Below, one piece after another: positions 33,653 to 42,975 of a stretch of 64,000 nucleotides of DNA. Location of the stretch: NCBI GenBank assembly GCA_963744995.1, contig CAVUWA010000011.1, positions 192,001 to 256,000 on the forward strand, read 5' to 3'. The notes beneath the pieces are model-generated. The model made no database searches, was not told where the DNA came from, and saw only the letters and a list, made by a program, of their open reading frames with translations. Positions within the stretch are counted from its first letter, which is position 1; each line of letters starts with the position of its first letter. The stretch is from Candidatus Eiseniibacteriota bacterium. Its GTDB lineage: Bacteria; Eisenbacteria; RBG-16-71-46. The translations under genes were made by a program, and so were the position numbers.

Positions 33653-34936
33653 TCAGTTCAGGCCACCCCTCGCCGTATGCACGATCGTGCCGCCGTTGCC
33701 CACGGCCCAGCCGCGCTGCGCGTCGATGAAGAACACGTCGTTCAGGCGGAACTGCGCGTTCGCGGCCTGGCTCTGCCAGCTCGTGCCGCCGTCGTCGCTG
33801 CGCAGGATCGCGCCGGTCCCGTCCACACCGACCGCGTAGCCGACCATGTCGTCCGCGAAGCAGACGCCGTAGAGCTGTTTGCTGGCGCCGGCGCTGCCCA
33901 GGATCCAGGCGGTCGAGTCCGCCCCCGCGAACGTGCGCGGCGCGGTGCCCACCAGGCCCGCGGCCCACCCCATCGATTCACTGCGGCGCCAGACCGCGTT
34001 CAGGTCCTGAGACGTCACGGCCGGCGTCACCCTGAACCAGGACTGACCCGCGTCGTGGGTGCCGACGATCGTGCCGTTGGCGCCGACGGCCCAGCCGTTC
34101 CACGCCCCGGCGAAGGACACGCTGTTGAGGTTCGCGGTGACGGGTGTTCTGCGCGTCCAGGTCGCGCCGCCGTTCACGGTGCGCAGCACGACGCCCGTGG
34201 CGCCGACCACGAATCCGGTGTCGGGGTTCGCGAACGCCACATCGAACAGGTTCTCGACCGCGACCCCGGTGATGACGATCGCCCACGTCGCACCGCCGTT
34301 CACGGTGTGGCGCACGATCCCGTTCGCGCCCACCGCCCAGCCCTCGGAGGAGGTCACGAACCACACGCCGTGGAGATCCTCGGTGGTGTTGCTGGTCTGA
34401 TTGGTCCAGGTCATGCCGGCGTCCTGCGTCGAGACGATCCGGCCGCCCGCACCGACGGCCCAGCCGCGGCGCCCGTCGGGGCGGAAACAGACGCCGTACA
34501 GGTTCGCACCGGTATTGCTCGTCTGGATGATCCAGCCGCCGCCGGGCAGGACGGTGACCGACGCGATGTCGATCTGGCCGCCGGCCTGGGCGATCAGCGT
34601 CGCCGTCCCTTCGCTCAGCCCGGTGACCCGCCCGCCGCTCGTGACGGTGAACACCGCCGTGTTGCTGCTGCTCCAGGCCGGATTGACGTTGACGGTCATC
34701 CCGTTGGTGTCGACCGCGGTGACCGTGAAGGTATGCGATTCGCCGATGGCGAGCGTATCGACCTGCACGTCGATCGTCAGCAGGGAGAGCGGCGGCACGA
34801 CCGTCGGCCGGGTCGGATTCTTCGAGCTGCACCCGCCGAGCAGCAGCGCGACGGCGGTGGTGAGAACCGTGGCGGCCATCCACGCTCGCGCCGCCCGGCG
34901 GAAGTCGGGCGCGACGGACGTCATCGGAAATCGCAT
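33653..34936 (-). CDS. lipoprotein with Ig-like (Big_2) domain and YCF48/BNR beta-propeller repeats
   Basis: Lipobox LLGGC, WSSSNTAVFTV, repeated L..V.F....GWAVG..G.I..T.DGG.TW. Confidence 0.88.
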   Translation of the reverse strand: MRFPMTSVAPDFRRAARAWMAATVLTTAVALLLGGCSSKNPTRPTVVPPLSLLTIDVQVDTLAIGESHTFTVTAVDTNGMTVNVNPAWSSSNTAVFTVTSGGRVTGLSEGTATLIAQAGGQIDIASVTVLPGGGWIIQTSNTGANLYGVCFRPDGRRGWAVGAGGRIVSTQDAGMTWTNQTSNTTEDLHGVWFVTSSEGWAVGANGIVRHTVNGGATWAIVITGVAVENLFDVAFANPDTGFVVGATGVVLRTVNGGATWTRRTPVTANLNSVSFAGAWNGWAVGANGTIVGTHDAGQSWFRVTPAVTSQDLNAVWRRSESMGWAAGLVGTAPRTFAGADSTAWILGSAGASKQLYGVCFADDMVGYAVGVDGTGAILRSDDGGTSWQSQAANAQFRLNDVFFIDAQRGWAVGNGGTIVHTARGGLN

Positions 34937-35020
34937 GCGCAGGCTCTCCAGATCGGCTGCCGCGGCCGGCCGGCGCCTCCGGCGGTCGCGGGCTGCAACG
35001 CGTCATCCCTTAAGTCAGGC

Positions 35021-35037
35021 TGCAATTCTGAGGCCAA
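35021..35037 (-). promoter_or_regulatory. candidate sigma54 promoter
   Basis: Minus strand TTGGCCTC-AGAA-TTGCA, about 85 nt upstream of the 34936 start. Confidence 0.55.
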
Positions 35038-35251
35038 GCCGGCCTCTTGTCAGTGCAACAGTTATCGGCTCCGGACCGCCGCAGATTGCGTGATTTCGGC
35101 CAGATTCTGCGCGGCAGGGCCCGCGCCTGCGGCCGGGTGCCGCCGCCGCAGGGCGGCGGGGGCCCGGCCTTGAGTCCCGCGCCCGTCGCCCACTACTGTG
35201 CGGAACCCGGTTCCCGGCGCGTGCCGTGCCGGCCCGTGAAAGGACTCCCGC

Positions 35252-36208
35252 TTGCTCGAGATCCGCGACGTCACCAAACGCTACGACGGACGCGCCGTCG
35301 TGAACCGCGTCTCGTTCGACGTGCATCCGGGCGAGATCTTCGCCCTGCTCGGCCCGAACGGCGCGGGCAAGACGACCCTGCTCCGCATGATGACCGACAT
35401 CCTCAAGCCCGATTCCGGGACGTTGACGCTCGACGGCCGGCCCGTGGGCGGCGTACGCAAGCGCGACGTCGGCTATCTGCCGGAGGAGCGCGGGCTCTAT
35501 CGCAGTGACAAGGTGCTCGACACGCTCGCCTACTTCGGCCGCCTGAAGGGCATGCCGGCGGCCGAGGCTCGCGCCACCGCCGCAGGGCTGCTCGCGCGCG
35601 TCGAGCTGAACGAGTGGCTGCAGAAACCGGTTCAGGCGCTGTCCAAGGGCATGCAGCAGAAGGTTCAGCTCTGCACGGCGCTGATCGGCGAGCCGCGCGT
35701 GTTGATTCTCGACGAGCCGTTCAGCGGGCTCGATCCGGTGAACGTGCAGCTGCTCGAGGAGATCCTGCACGAGCGTCGCGCGCAGGGCACGACGATCCTG
35801 CTCTCCACCCATCAGATGAACAAGGTCGAAGAGCTCTGCGACCGCGCGCTGATGATCCACCACGGCCACATGGTGCTCTACGGCGCGGTCGACGAGCTGC
35901 GCCGCAGGTACGCCGACCACGCGGTGCTGGTCGAGCTCGAGGATGCCGCGGCCGCCCGACGGCTGCCCGCGGTGGCGGGGATCCACCGGGTGGAGCCCTC
36001 GAACGGGACGTACAAGCTCACGCTCGACCCCGGCACGACCCGCGGCGCCGTGCTGCGCGCGCTGCTCGACGCCGGCATCGGACTCGAATCATTCAGCCAC
36101 GCGATCATGCCGATCGAGGAGGTGTTCGTGAAGGTTGTCCACGAGGGCCTCGGCCTCGATCACGGCAGGAGCGAGGCGGAAGCGCCGGTCGCGGAGGCGG
36201 TGCGATGA
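35252..36208 (+). CDS. ABC exporter ATP-binding protein (NatA/YhaQ-like)
   Basis: GPNGAGKTT, GYLPEERGLY, LSKGMQQK, ILDEPFSGLDPVN, STH. Confidence 0.92.
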   Translation: MLEIRDVTKRYDGRAVVNRVSFDVHPGEIFALLGPNGAGKTTLLRMMTDILKPDSGTLTLDGRPVGGVRKRDVGYLPEERGLYRSDKVLDTLAYFGRLKGMPAAEARATAAGLLARVELNEWLQKPVQALSKGMQQKVQLCTALIGEPRVLILDEPFSGLDPVNVQLLEEILHERRAQGTTILLSTHQMNKVEELCDRALMIHHGHMVLYGAVDELRRRYADHAVLVELEDAAAARRLPAVAGIHRVEPSNGTYKLTLDPGTTRGAVLRALLDAGIGLESFSHAIMPIEEVFVKVVHEGLGLDHGRSEAEAPVAEAVR

Positions 36209-37494
36209 CCCTGTCCTGGCCCAAGGTCTTCACGATCGCGCGGCGCGAGTTCATCTCCACCGTGCGGCGGCGCGCATTCCTGTTCACCGCGCTCGGCACC
36301 CCGGCCTACTTCGCGCTGGTCATGAGCATCTCGATCGGCTCGTCTGCCGGCGAGGCGCGCGACGTGCTGAAGTCGTTCAGGTCGCTTGCGGTGGTGGACT
36401 CCAGCGGACGCTTCGTCGACGCCGACCGCACGATCCGGACAGTCTGGAGTTCCGACGAGAATCCGTTCGCGCAGAACGTACCGGTGCATACGTTCAGCAC
36501 CGCGGTGCACTTCTACCCCGACATGACGAGCGCCGAAGCCGCGCTGCGCTCCGGCAGCGAGAACCAGATCCTGGTGATCCCGGCCGACTACCTGGAGACG
36601 GGGCGACTGCGGCGCTACGCCGCGAAGAGCAGCCTCTTCTCGTCCGCCGACCGGCGGCCGATCGCCTCGTGGCTGGTGAGCGCGATCCTGTCGGGACGGC
36701 TCGACTCGCTCGAGACCGCGCGCGCCATGCGGCCGATGGCGCAGATCCAGGGGTTCACGCTCGACAAGGACGGGACGTTCACCGCGCGCGACGACCGCAG
36801 GGATCTCATGGACTTCCTGGTGCCGTTCGGCTTCGCGATGCTGCTCGGTCTCTGCATCACCGTCGGCGGCCAGTACCTGCTGTTCGGCGTCGCCACCGAG
36901 AAGGAATCGCGCATCCTGGAATCGATCCTCTGCAACGTGAGCGCCGAGGAGCTGCTCGCGGGCAAGCTGTTCGGTCTCGGCTCCTCGGGCCTGCTGCTGG
37001 TCGCGTTCTGGATCGCACTCGGCATTCCATTCGTCGGCGCCACGGCGATCGCGGTCCCGCTTCACCTGTCGCCGCTGCTGGTGGTGGCGGCGCTGCTGTA
37101 CTTCGTCTTCGGCTACCTGTTCTACGCGAGCCTCATGACCGGCATCGGCGGCGTCACCAGCAACATGCGCGAGGCGCAGCAGTTCGCGATCTGGTTCACG
37201 TTCGCCAACTTCGCGCCGTTCATTCTCATCACGATGATCCTGTCGAACCCGTCCGGGCCGCTGGCGACCGGGCTGTCGATGTTCCCGCCGACCGCGGCGA
37301 CGACGATGCTGATGCGGCTCACCGCGAGCTCGTCCGTCGTCCCGCTCTGGCAGATCGGGCTGTCGCTGATCCTGCTCGCCGGCGCCTCGGTGCTGACGCT
37401 GATCGCGTCGGCGCGCGTGTTCCGGATCGGCCTGCTGATGTACGGAAAGACGCCGAATCTGCCCGAGATCCTGCGCTGGGCGAGGAACGGCTAG
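36205..37494 (+). CDS. ABC-2 permease (NatB/YhaP-like)
   Basis: IARREF, EKESRILE, LLAGKL, FRIGLLMYG. ATGA overlap with the upstream gene. Confidence 0.9.
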   Translation: MTLSWPKVFTIARREFISTVRRRAFLFTALGTPAYFALVMSISIGSSAGEARDVLKSFRSLAVVDSSGRFVDADRTIRTVWSSDENPFAQNVPVHTFSTAVHFYPDMTSAEAALRSGSENQILVIPADYLETGRLRRYAAKSSLFSSADRRPIASWLVSAILSGRLDSLETARAMRPMAQIQGFTLDKDGTFTARDDRRDLMDFLVPFGFAMLLGLCITVGGQYLLFGVATEKESRILESILCNVSAEELLAGKLFGLGSSGLLLVAFWIALGIPFVGATAIAVPLHLSPLLVVAALLYFVFGYLFYASLMTGIGGVTSNMREAQQFAIWFTFANFAPFILITMILSNPSGPLATGLSMFPPTAATTMLMRLTASSSVVPLWQIGLSLILLAGASVLTLIASARVFRIGLLMYGKTPNLPEILRWARNG

Positions 37495-37840
37495 GGCCGC
37501 CGGCCCCGCCGACGAAGCCGCCGCCATGCGAGGGGCCCCGGGGAGTCCCTGAAGGGGGGGCGAGCGGCCGCGGCAGCAGGGCCAGGGATGGCGGGCGCGG
37601 TCGCGACGAGCGAGGATCGGCCACGAGGGCCGCGCCGAAGCGGCCCCCGGATCGGAGCTCCCCCGGGGCCGTCCCTCGCGCGGCGGCGACGGCCCATCCG
37701 TGCACCGGCCGGCGCCGGCCCGCCGCCGTAAATGCCCGCCCCGGCTCGCATTTTGCCGCCGGGACCACATTGCCCCGGCCCGTCCCGGAGCCTGCAGATT
37801 CTGCTTGGCAGCCACCCTGACGCGTTGCGACAATTACTTA

Positions 37841-38104
37841 CGTCGATTCGCAGCGTCCGGTGCCGCAGGGTACGGGTCTTGCGAATTGGCAGGGCAGCCG
37901 GCCGGTGAGCCGGCGCCTTTCAGTTCTGGAAGCCTCGCGTCGAGCACGTAAAGATCAGGGTCCCGAGAGACCCCGGCCGGCGCGGAGGTCGGAGCGAGCC
38001 CCAAACGCATCAAGCGCGTGCGGCGGCCCTCTCTTCCAGCCGCGGACGGCAGTCCGTCCGCGCTCAACGGGATCGCCCGGTCATGGACCGGGCGTTTTCG
38101 TTTC
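37841..38104 (+). ncRNA. putative structured non-coding RNA of unknown class (~260 nt)
   Basis: Promoter-like TTGGCA-N18-GACAAT with extended TG (37805-37834), serial hairpins, an intrinsic terminator at 38074-38104, and no credible ORF. Confidence 0.45.
38074..38104 (+). terminator. intrinsic terminator
   Basis: CGCCCGGTC-atg-GACCGGGCG followed by TTTTCGTTTC. Confidence 0.7.
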
Positions 38105-38137
38105 CGGCCCGCGCCCCGGGGCGGCGGCCAGGTCAGG

Positions 38138-38166
38138 TTGCACCCGCCCGCCCGAGGCCGCAGAAT
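38138..38166 (+). promoter_or_regulatory. sigma70-like promoter of nadE (near-leaderless)
   Basis: TTGCAC-N17-CAGAAT, with the ATG 9 nt downstream and no Shine-Dalgarno. Confidence 0.5.
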
Positions 38167-38175
38167 CCGTGACCC

Positions 38176-39948
38176 ATGCGCGTCATGCGTCTCGGCCTCT
38201 GCCAGATCAATTCCACCGTCGGCGACATCGACGGCAACCAGCGCAGGGTCGCGGCCGGTATCGAGCGCGCACGCGCCCTCGGCGTGGACCTGCTGGCCTT
38301 CCCCGAGATGGCGATCCCGGGCTATCCGCCCGAGGACCTGCTGCTCAAGCCCTCGTTCATCCGCGGCACGGTCGAACGCACCCGCGCGCTGGCGCCCCTC
38401 ACCCGGGGCATGACCGTCATCGTCGGCACGATCGATCGCGACACGGACCTCTTCAATGCCGCCGCCGTGCTTCACGACGGCCAATGGTGCGGCACGTACC
38501 GCAAGCGCATGCTGCCCAACTACGGCGTGTTCGATGAAAACCGCTACTTCATGCCCGGCCGCGACAACCCGGTCTTCCTCCGCGACGAGACCGTGATCGG
38601 CGTCAACATCTGCGAGGACATCTGGTATCCGGGCGGGCCGGTCGAGGAGCAGGTGCTGCGCGACGGCGCCGAGATCGTCGTGAACATCTCGGCGTCGCCC
38701 TATCACGCCGGCAAAGCGCAGGCGCGGCGGCGCATGCTCACCACGCGCGCGGCCGACAACCTGGTTGCGGTGTGCTACGTGAACATGGTCGGCGGCCAGG
38801 ACGAGATCCTCTTCGACGGGGCGAGCGTGATCGTGGACGAGGAAGGCCGGGTGCTGGCCGAAGGCCGGATGTTCGAAGAGGACCTGATCGTCGCGGATCT
38901 CGACCTCGACGGCGTGTTCAACGCCCGCCTGCACGACCCCCGGCTGCGCAAGGGCCGGGCGATCGAGGAGGGCGCTCCGTCGCGCCGCATCCAACTGCCC
39001 GCGGGCGCCCCGGCGGCGGCGGCGGGCGGCGGCAGCGGGATCGCCGTGGCGGTCGCCGCGAAGCCGGTGCTCCAGAAGCACGAGTCGCCGCTCCTGCGCG
39101 GCCTCGTCGCCGAGATCTACGACGCGCTCGTGCTCGGCACCCGTGACTACGTCCGCAAGAACGGATTCCACAACGTCGTGATCGGGCTCTCGGGCGGCAT
39201 CGATTCCGCGCTGTGCGCCTGCATCGCCGTCGACGCGCTCGGACCGAAACACGTGATCGGCGTGAGCATGCCGTCGGCGTTCACCTCCGCCGCGTCGCAG
39301 CAGGACGCCGTGGCGCTGGCGGCGAACCTGGGCATCGAGCTGCGCACGATTCCGGTGACGGAGGTCTTCGACCGCTACGCGAGCGTGCTGGCGCCGGCGT
39401 TCGAAGGTCGCGAGCCGGACACTACCGAGGAGAACCTGCAGGCGCGGATCCGCGGCAACTATCTCATGGCGCTCTCGAACAAGTTCGGCTGGCTGGTCCT
39501 CACCACGGGCAACAAGAGCGAGGTCTCGGTCGGCTACAGCACGCTCTACGGCGACACGGCCGGCGGCTTCTCGGTGCTCAAGGACGTCTGGAAGACGATG
39601 GTGTATCAGCTCGCGCTGCACCGGAACCGCCACGGCGGCCGCCCCCCGATTCCGGAACGCACGATCACACGCCCGCCGAGCGCGGAGTTGCGCGCGGAGC
39701 AGACCGACCAGGACACGCTGCCGCCATACGACGAGCTCGATCCGATCCTGCGCATGTACGTCGAGGAGGACCAGTCGGTCCAGGAGATCGCCGATCTCGG
39801 CTACGACGAGACGCTCGTGCGCCGCATCGTGCGCATGGTGGATCACGCCGAGTACAAGCGCCGGCAGAGCCCGCCCGGGATCAAGATCACGCCGCGCGCC
39901 TTCGGCAAGGACCGCCGGCTGCCGATCACGAACCGCTGGGGGCTCTAG
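38176..39948 (+). CDS. nadE: glutamine-dependent NAD+ synthetase
   Basis: Nitrilase triad FPE, K..LPNYGVFDE, ICEDIW. Synthetase motifs GLSGGIDS, ENLQARIR, TGNKSE, PSAEL, EYKRRQ. Confidence 0.95.
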   Translation: MRVMRLGLCQINSTVGDIDGNQRRVAAGIERARALGVDLLAFPEMAIPGYPPEDLLLKPSFIRGTVERTRALAPLTRGMTVIVGTIDRDTDLFNAAAVLHDGQWCGTYRKRMLPNYGVFDENRYFMPGRDNPVFLRDETVIGVNICEDIWYPGGPVEEQVLRDGAEIVVNISASPYHAGKAQARRRMLTTRAADNLVAVCYVNMVGGQDEILFDGASVIVDEEGRVLAEGRMFEEDLIVADLDLDGVFNARLHDPRLRKGRAIEEGAPSRRIQLPAGAPAAAAGGGSGIAVAVAAKPVLQKHESPLLRGLVAEIYDALVLGTRDYVRKNGFHNVVIGLSGGIDSALCACIAVDALGPKHVIGVSMPSAFTSAASQQDAVALAANLGIELRTIPVTEVFDRYASVLAPAFEGREPDTTEENLQARIRGNYLMALSNKFGWLVLTTGNKSEVSVGYSTLYGDTAGGFSVLKDVWKTMVYQLALHRNRHGGRPPIPERTITRPPSAELRAEQTDQDTLPPYDELDPILRMYVEEDQSVQEIADLGYDETLVRRIVRMVDHAEYKRRQSPPGIKITPRAFGKDRRLPITNRWGL

Positions 39949-40231
39949 CCCCGCCCCGGCGTCATGGTTGCGGCGCCGGTGCGGGCTTTCGCCGCGCCGG
40001 TCCGAGCGTGACCCTGGCGCCCGATTCGCATTGACCCGCTTCATGCCCCCCGCCTAGGCTTCCGTTGTTCCGTCAGCCTTCGCCGAAACAATGGAAAGGT
40101 TCGTGGCGTCCCCGTCCGTTCCCGTTTCCGGCCTGCATCTGCGCGATTGCTGACGTCCCCGGGGCCGGAAACCGTCTGACGGATCGGGAGCGGTGAATTC
40201 CGCTCCGGCGCCGCGCCGAAACCAGGAGTCC

Positions 40232-41128
40232 ATGATGATCGTCCACCAGGTACGATCGGCCCTGCTCGCCGTGCTGGCCGTCGCGGCGCTCGCAGCGCCG
40301 GCCTCGGCCCAGCTCTCGGACAACCTCGGGGCACTGACGGGAGACAATGCGGCCGGGTATCTCAACCCGCTCGTGAAAGGCCTGTCGGGCACCATGAACG
40401 CGGCCATCTTCCATACCGGCAGGATCCCGAAGCAGAGTCTCGGGTTCCAGATCGGTGCGCGGCTGATGGGTGTCAACTTCGACGACGGCGACCGCACCTA
40501 CTCGCCGACCGATCCTCCCGGATTCACCAGCACCGGTTCGGTGAAGGCCCCGACCGTGATCGGCGACACGAAGTCCGTGTCGCAACCGGGCCAGGGCGGC
40601 ACCACGCTGTACCACCCGGGCGGGTTCGACATCGGTCAGTTCGCGTTCGCCGCACCGCAGCTCACGGTCGGGACCGTTTTCGGTACGCAGGCGACGATCC
40701 GCTGGATCTCGATCGAAATCGGCGACAGCGATCTCGGCAAGTTCGATCTGTTCGGAATCGGCGGTCAGCACTCGATCTCGCAGTACTTCCCGGACCTGCC
40801 GCTCGATGTCGCGGTCGGCGCCTTCTACCAGCACTTCAAGATCGACGACACGCTCGTCGACGCGAAGACCTGGCACTTCGACGTCACCGGGAGCCGCGAC
40901 TACGGCGTGCTGCAACCCTATGCCGGGATCGGATTCGACACGATCGACATGAAGTCCGAGTACACCGAGAGCGGCACGGGATCGACCATCGCCGTCGATT
41001 TCGATCCCGAGTCGAACTTCCATCTCACCCTGGGCAGCGAGGCGAGCCTCGCCATCCTCAAGCTCTACGGTGAGGTCAACTTCGCGGCCCAGACCGGCGT
41101 TGCCGTCGGTCTGAGCTTCGGCAACTGA
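40232..41128 (+). CDS. outer-membrane beta-barrel-like protein (DUF6588-like)
   Basis: AGGAG RBS, signal peptide, YLNPL, PQLTVG, GIGGQHSISQY, amphipathic strands ending GLSFGN. Confidence 0.7.
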   Translation: MMIVHQVRSALLAVLAVAALAAPASAQLSDNLGALTGDNAAGYLNPLVKGLSGTMNAAIFHTGRIPKQSLGFQIGARLMGVNFDDGDRTYSPTDPPGFTSTGSVKAPTVIGDTKSVSQPGQGGTTLYHPGGFDIGQFAFAAPQLTVGTVFGTQATIRWISIEIGDSDLGKFDLFGIGGQHSISQYFPDLPLDVAVGAFYQHFKIDDTLVDAKTWHFDVTGSRDYGVLQPYAGIGFDTIDMKSEYTESGTGSTIAVDFDPESNFHLTLGSEASLAILKLYGEVNFAAQTGVAVGLSFGN

Positions 41129-41147
41129 GGGAAGGAGGGAAAACGCG

Positions 41148-41804
41148 ATGCGCAAGAACGCTTTGCTGTCGCTGCTCGCGCTCGTCCTGACGGCCCTCAC
41201 GGTCCAGGGCGGCTGCGTCATCATTCCGGAAGTGAAGACCAAGCTCGTGGAGCTCGTCGCCAGCGGGACCGCGTGCGACACGCTCGACGCGATCGGGGTC
41301 ATCAACAACTTCGACGAAACCGACGTGATCGACGTGAAGGCCGGGCTCGACATTCCGTCGGTGCTCGACGAGGCCGGCATCGACGCGAACGACGTCGACT
41401 CGATCGCGGTCTACGGGATCACCTACAAGACGACCCAGCCGGATCCGAACGATCAGCGCGAGATCGTGAACGGCCAGGTGACGGCCCAGCGCGGGAGGCT
41501 GGTCGGCAGCACGTTCACGGCCACCGGTCCCGAGGTCGTGGTGATCTCGAGCTTCGATCAGGTCGTGAACGACGCGACCACGGATCAGACGGCTCCGGTC
41601 TCCGCGCAGGGCGTCCAGATGCTGAACGGCCTGCTGCAGGCCCTGCTCGACGAAGCCAAGGGGCAGGGGTTCGTCGACGATTCGGCGATCCAGTACCACG
41701 TCACCGGCATGTCGAATCCGCAGGACGTCCAGTCGAACTTCAAATGGCGAATCTGCGTGAAGGTGAACATCAAGGGCAAGGTGGAGGTGGACGTCGTCGA
41801 GTGA
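41148..41804 (+). CDS. hypothetical lipoprotein
   Basis: AAGGAGG RBS, signal peptide ending QGGC, acidic beta-rich body. Confidence 0.75.
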   Translation: MRKNALLSLLALVLTALTVQGGCVIIPEVKTKLVELVASGTACDTLDAIGVINNFDETDVIDVKAGLDIPSVLDEAGIDANDVDSIAVYGITYKTTQPDPNDQREIVNGQVTAQRGRLVGSTFTATGPEVVVISSFDQVVNDATTDQTAPVSAQGVQMLNGLLQALLDEAKGQGFVDDSAIQYHVTGMSNPQDVQSNFKWRICVKVNIKGKVEVDVVE

Positions 41805-41827
41805 CGGCTTCCGCTTCGCATGCACGA

Positions 41828-41857
41828 GCGGCGCCGGGCCTTCGGGTCCGGCGCCGC
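41828..41857. terminator. hairpin between convergent genes
   Basis: 13-bp stem with a C(UUCG)G tetraloop. Confidence 0.55.
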
Positions 41858-41898
41858 ATCGCGTTTCGGGGGTGGGTGCCCGACCGCGGAGCGCGGGG

Positions 41899-42585
41899 CT
41901 ACTGCACGACCCGCACGGCGGCGACGTGCGCCGAACAGAACCGGGTCAGGCGGTCGGCGATCTTCTCCAGCATCGTGCTGAGATCCGCGGCCGCGCGCTC
42001 GGGGGGGCAGAACACCGCCACCAGCAGGTGCCGCGTGCGCTCGGTGACCGACGTGCGCAGCGAATCGGACGTCGGTGCGCCGAACGGTCCGACGTCATCG
42101 GACAACATGAGACGACCGTCGAGATTCACGCGCTGCTTGCGAATGCCCGGATAGCCCTCTCCCTCGGTGCCGGTTCGCACGACGATCGTGCCGCGCACCT
42201 TTTCGCGATCGTAGAGCCCGAGTGGCAGCTGCTGTTCGAGCGAGCACAGATTGCACACGTCGACCGCGGCGTTGACCTCGGGCAGCCCCTTGCCCTGCAG
42301 CACGCGGCGCAGCAGCGCCTCGCTGCTCGGGCGCGTCTTGGTCGGGTCGATGTCGAGGCGGTGAAACAGCGCGCGGGTCTCGGCGACGCCGGGGATGTCC
42401 GCGGGATGCTTGCCGGCGAAGTGACTCATCAGCCGCTCCGTGACCTGCGTGCGTTCGGCGATGAACGCATCGGGGAGCGGCCCCAGCTCGACGTCCTCGG
42501 CCTCCAGCAGGCCGATCGCGAGCGTGCCGAGCAACGCCTCGTCCATCCTGAGACTCATGGCGTGCGTACGCGCCTGCAGGGACAC
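41899..42585 (-). CDS. stand-alone B3/B4 (PheRS-beta-like, tRNA-editing) domain protein
   Basis: IDPTKTRPSSEALLRRV, VNAAVDVCN..SL..LPLGLYD, GPFGAPTSDS.RT. GGAGG RBS before the GTG. Confidence 0.85.
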   Translation of the reverse strand: MSLQARTHAMSLRMDEALLGTLAIGLLEAEDVELGPLPDAFIAERTQVTERLMSHFAGKHPADIPGVAETRALFHRLDIDPTKTRPSSEALLRRVLQGKGLPEVNAAVDVCNLCSLEQQLPLGLYDREKVRGTIVVRTGTEGEGYPGIRKQRVNLDGRLMLSDDVGPFGAPTSDSLRTSVTERTRHLLVAVFCPPERAAADLSTMLEKIADRLTRFCSAHVAAVRVVQ

Positions 42586-42625
42586 GCGGACCCTCCATGC
42601 GGGCCCACGGACGGATGTCGCGGGC

Positions 42626-42833
42626 AAAAGACGAGAATGGGCGGCAGGAAGTCCCTTTCCGCCATCAACGCTGAGCCGACCACGAAGGGCCGGGCCGATG
42701 TTGCGGCCAAAGTCAGTTTTGGTGCCGCCCACTGAGCAGCGCCGGTGGTCGCGCGAACATGGGCGCGCCGCACCCGGAAGACCTTTCGCGCCGCGGACCG
42801 TACGCGCACGCGAAGGGTTGAACCGAACAACGT
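42626..42833 (-). ncRNA. putative structured RNA or 5' leader upstream of the B3/B4 gene
   Basis: Minus-strand promoter TTGGCG-N17-TATCTT (42868-42840), a multibranched fold closed by ACGTTG/CAGCGT, then a terminator-like hairpin. Confidence 0.45.
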
Positions 42834-42975
42834 GGGCGGAAGATAACGGAAGCGACGCGATCCGCCAACCCAAAGATTGCGAGCGCGGCAAAAGTTTGTC
42901 GCGCTCGAACGGGGTTCGATCACACGGTGCTACCGGGATCGAGGAACTGCGGCGCGCGGCGCGCGCCGCGACGGC

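Noticed and set aside
33653..34530. Periodic repeats suggesting CRISPR or a tandem array
   Set aside because: They are degenerate protein-level BNR/YCF48 propeller repeats within a CDS.
37955..37975. AGGGTCCCGAGAG resembling ykkC-family riboswitch elements
   Set aside because: The two elements are fused in one small hairpin and the 3' conserved tail is missing.
40084..40110. GAAACAATG resembling the start of a c-di-GMP-II riboswitch
   Set aside because: The downstream conserved GGGCACUU and GUGCAACC elements are absent.
42715..42735. T-box-like GGGCGGCACC on the minus strand
   Set aside because: The bulge would be CGGCACC rather than UGGNACC, and I found no stem I AG-box or GNUG-box.
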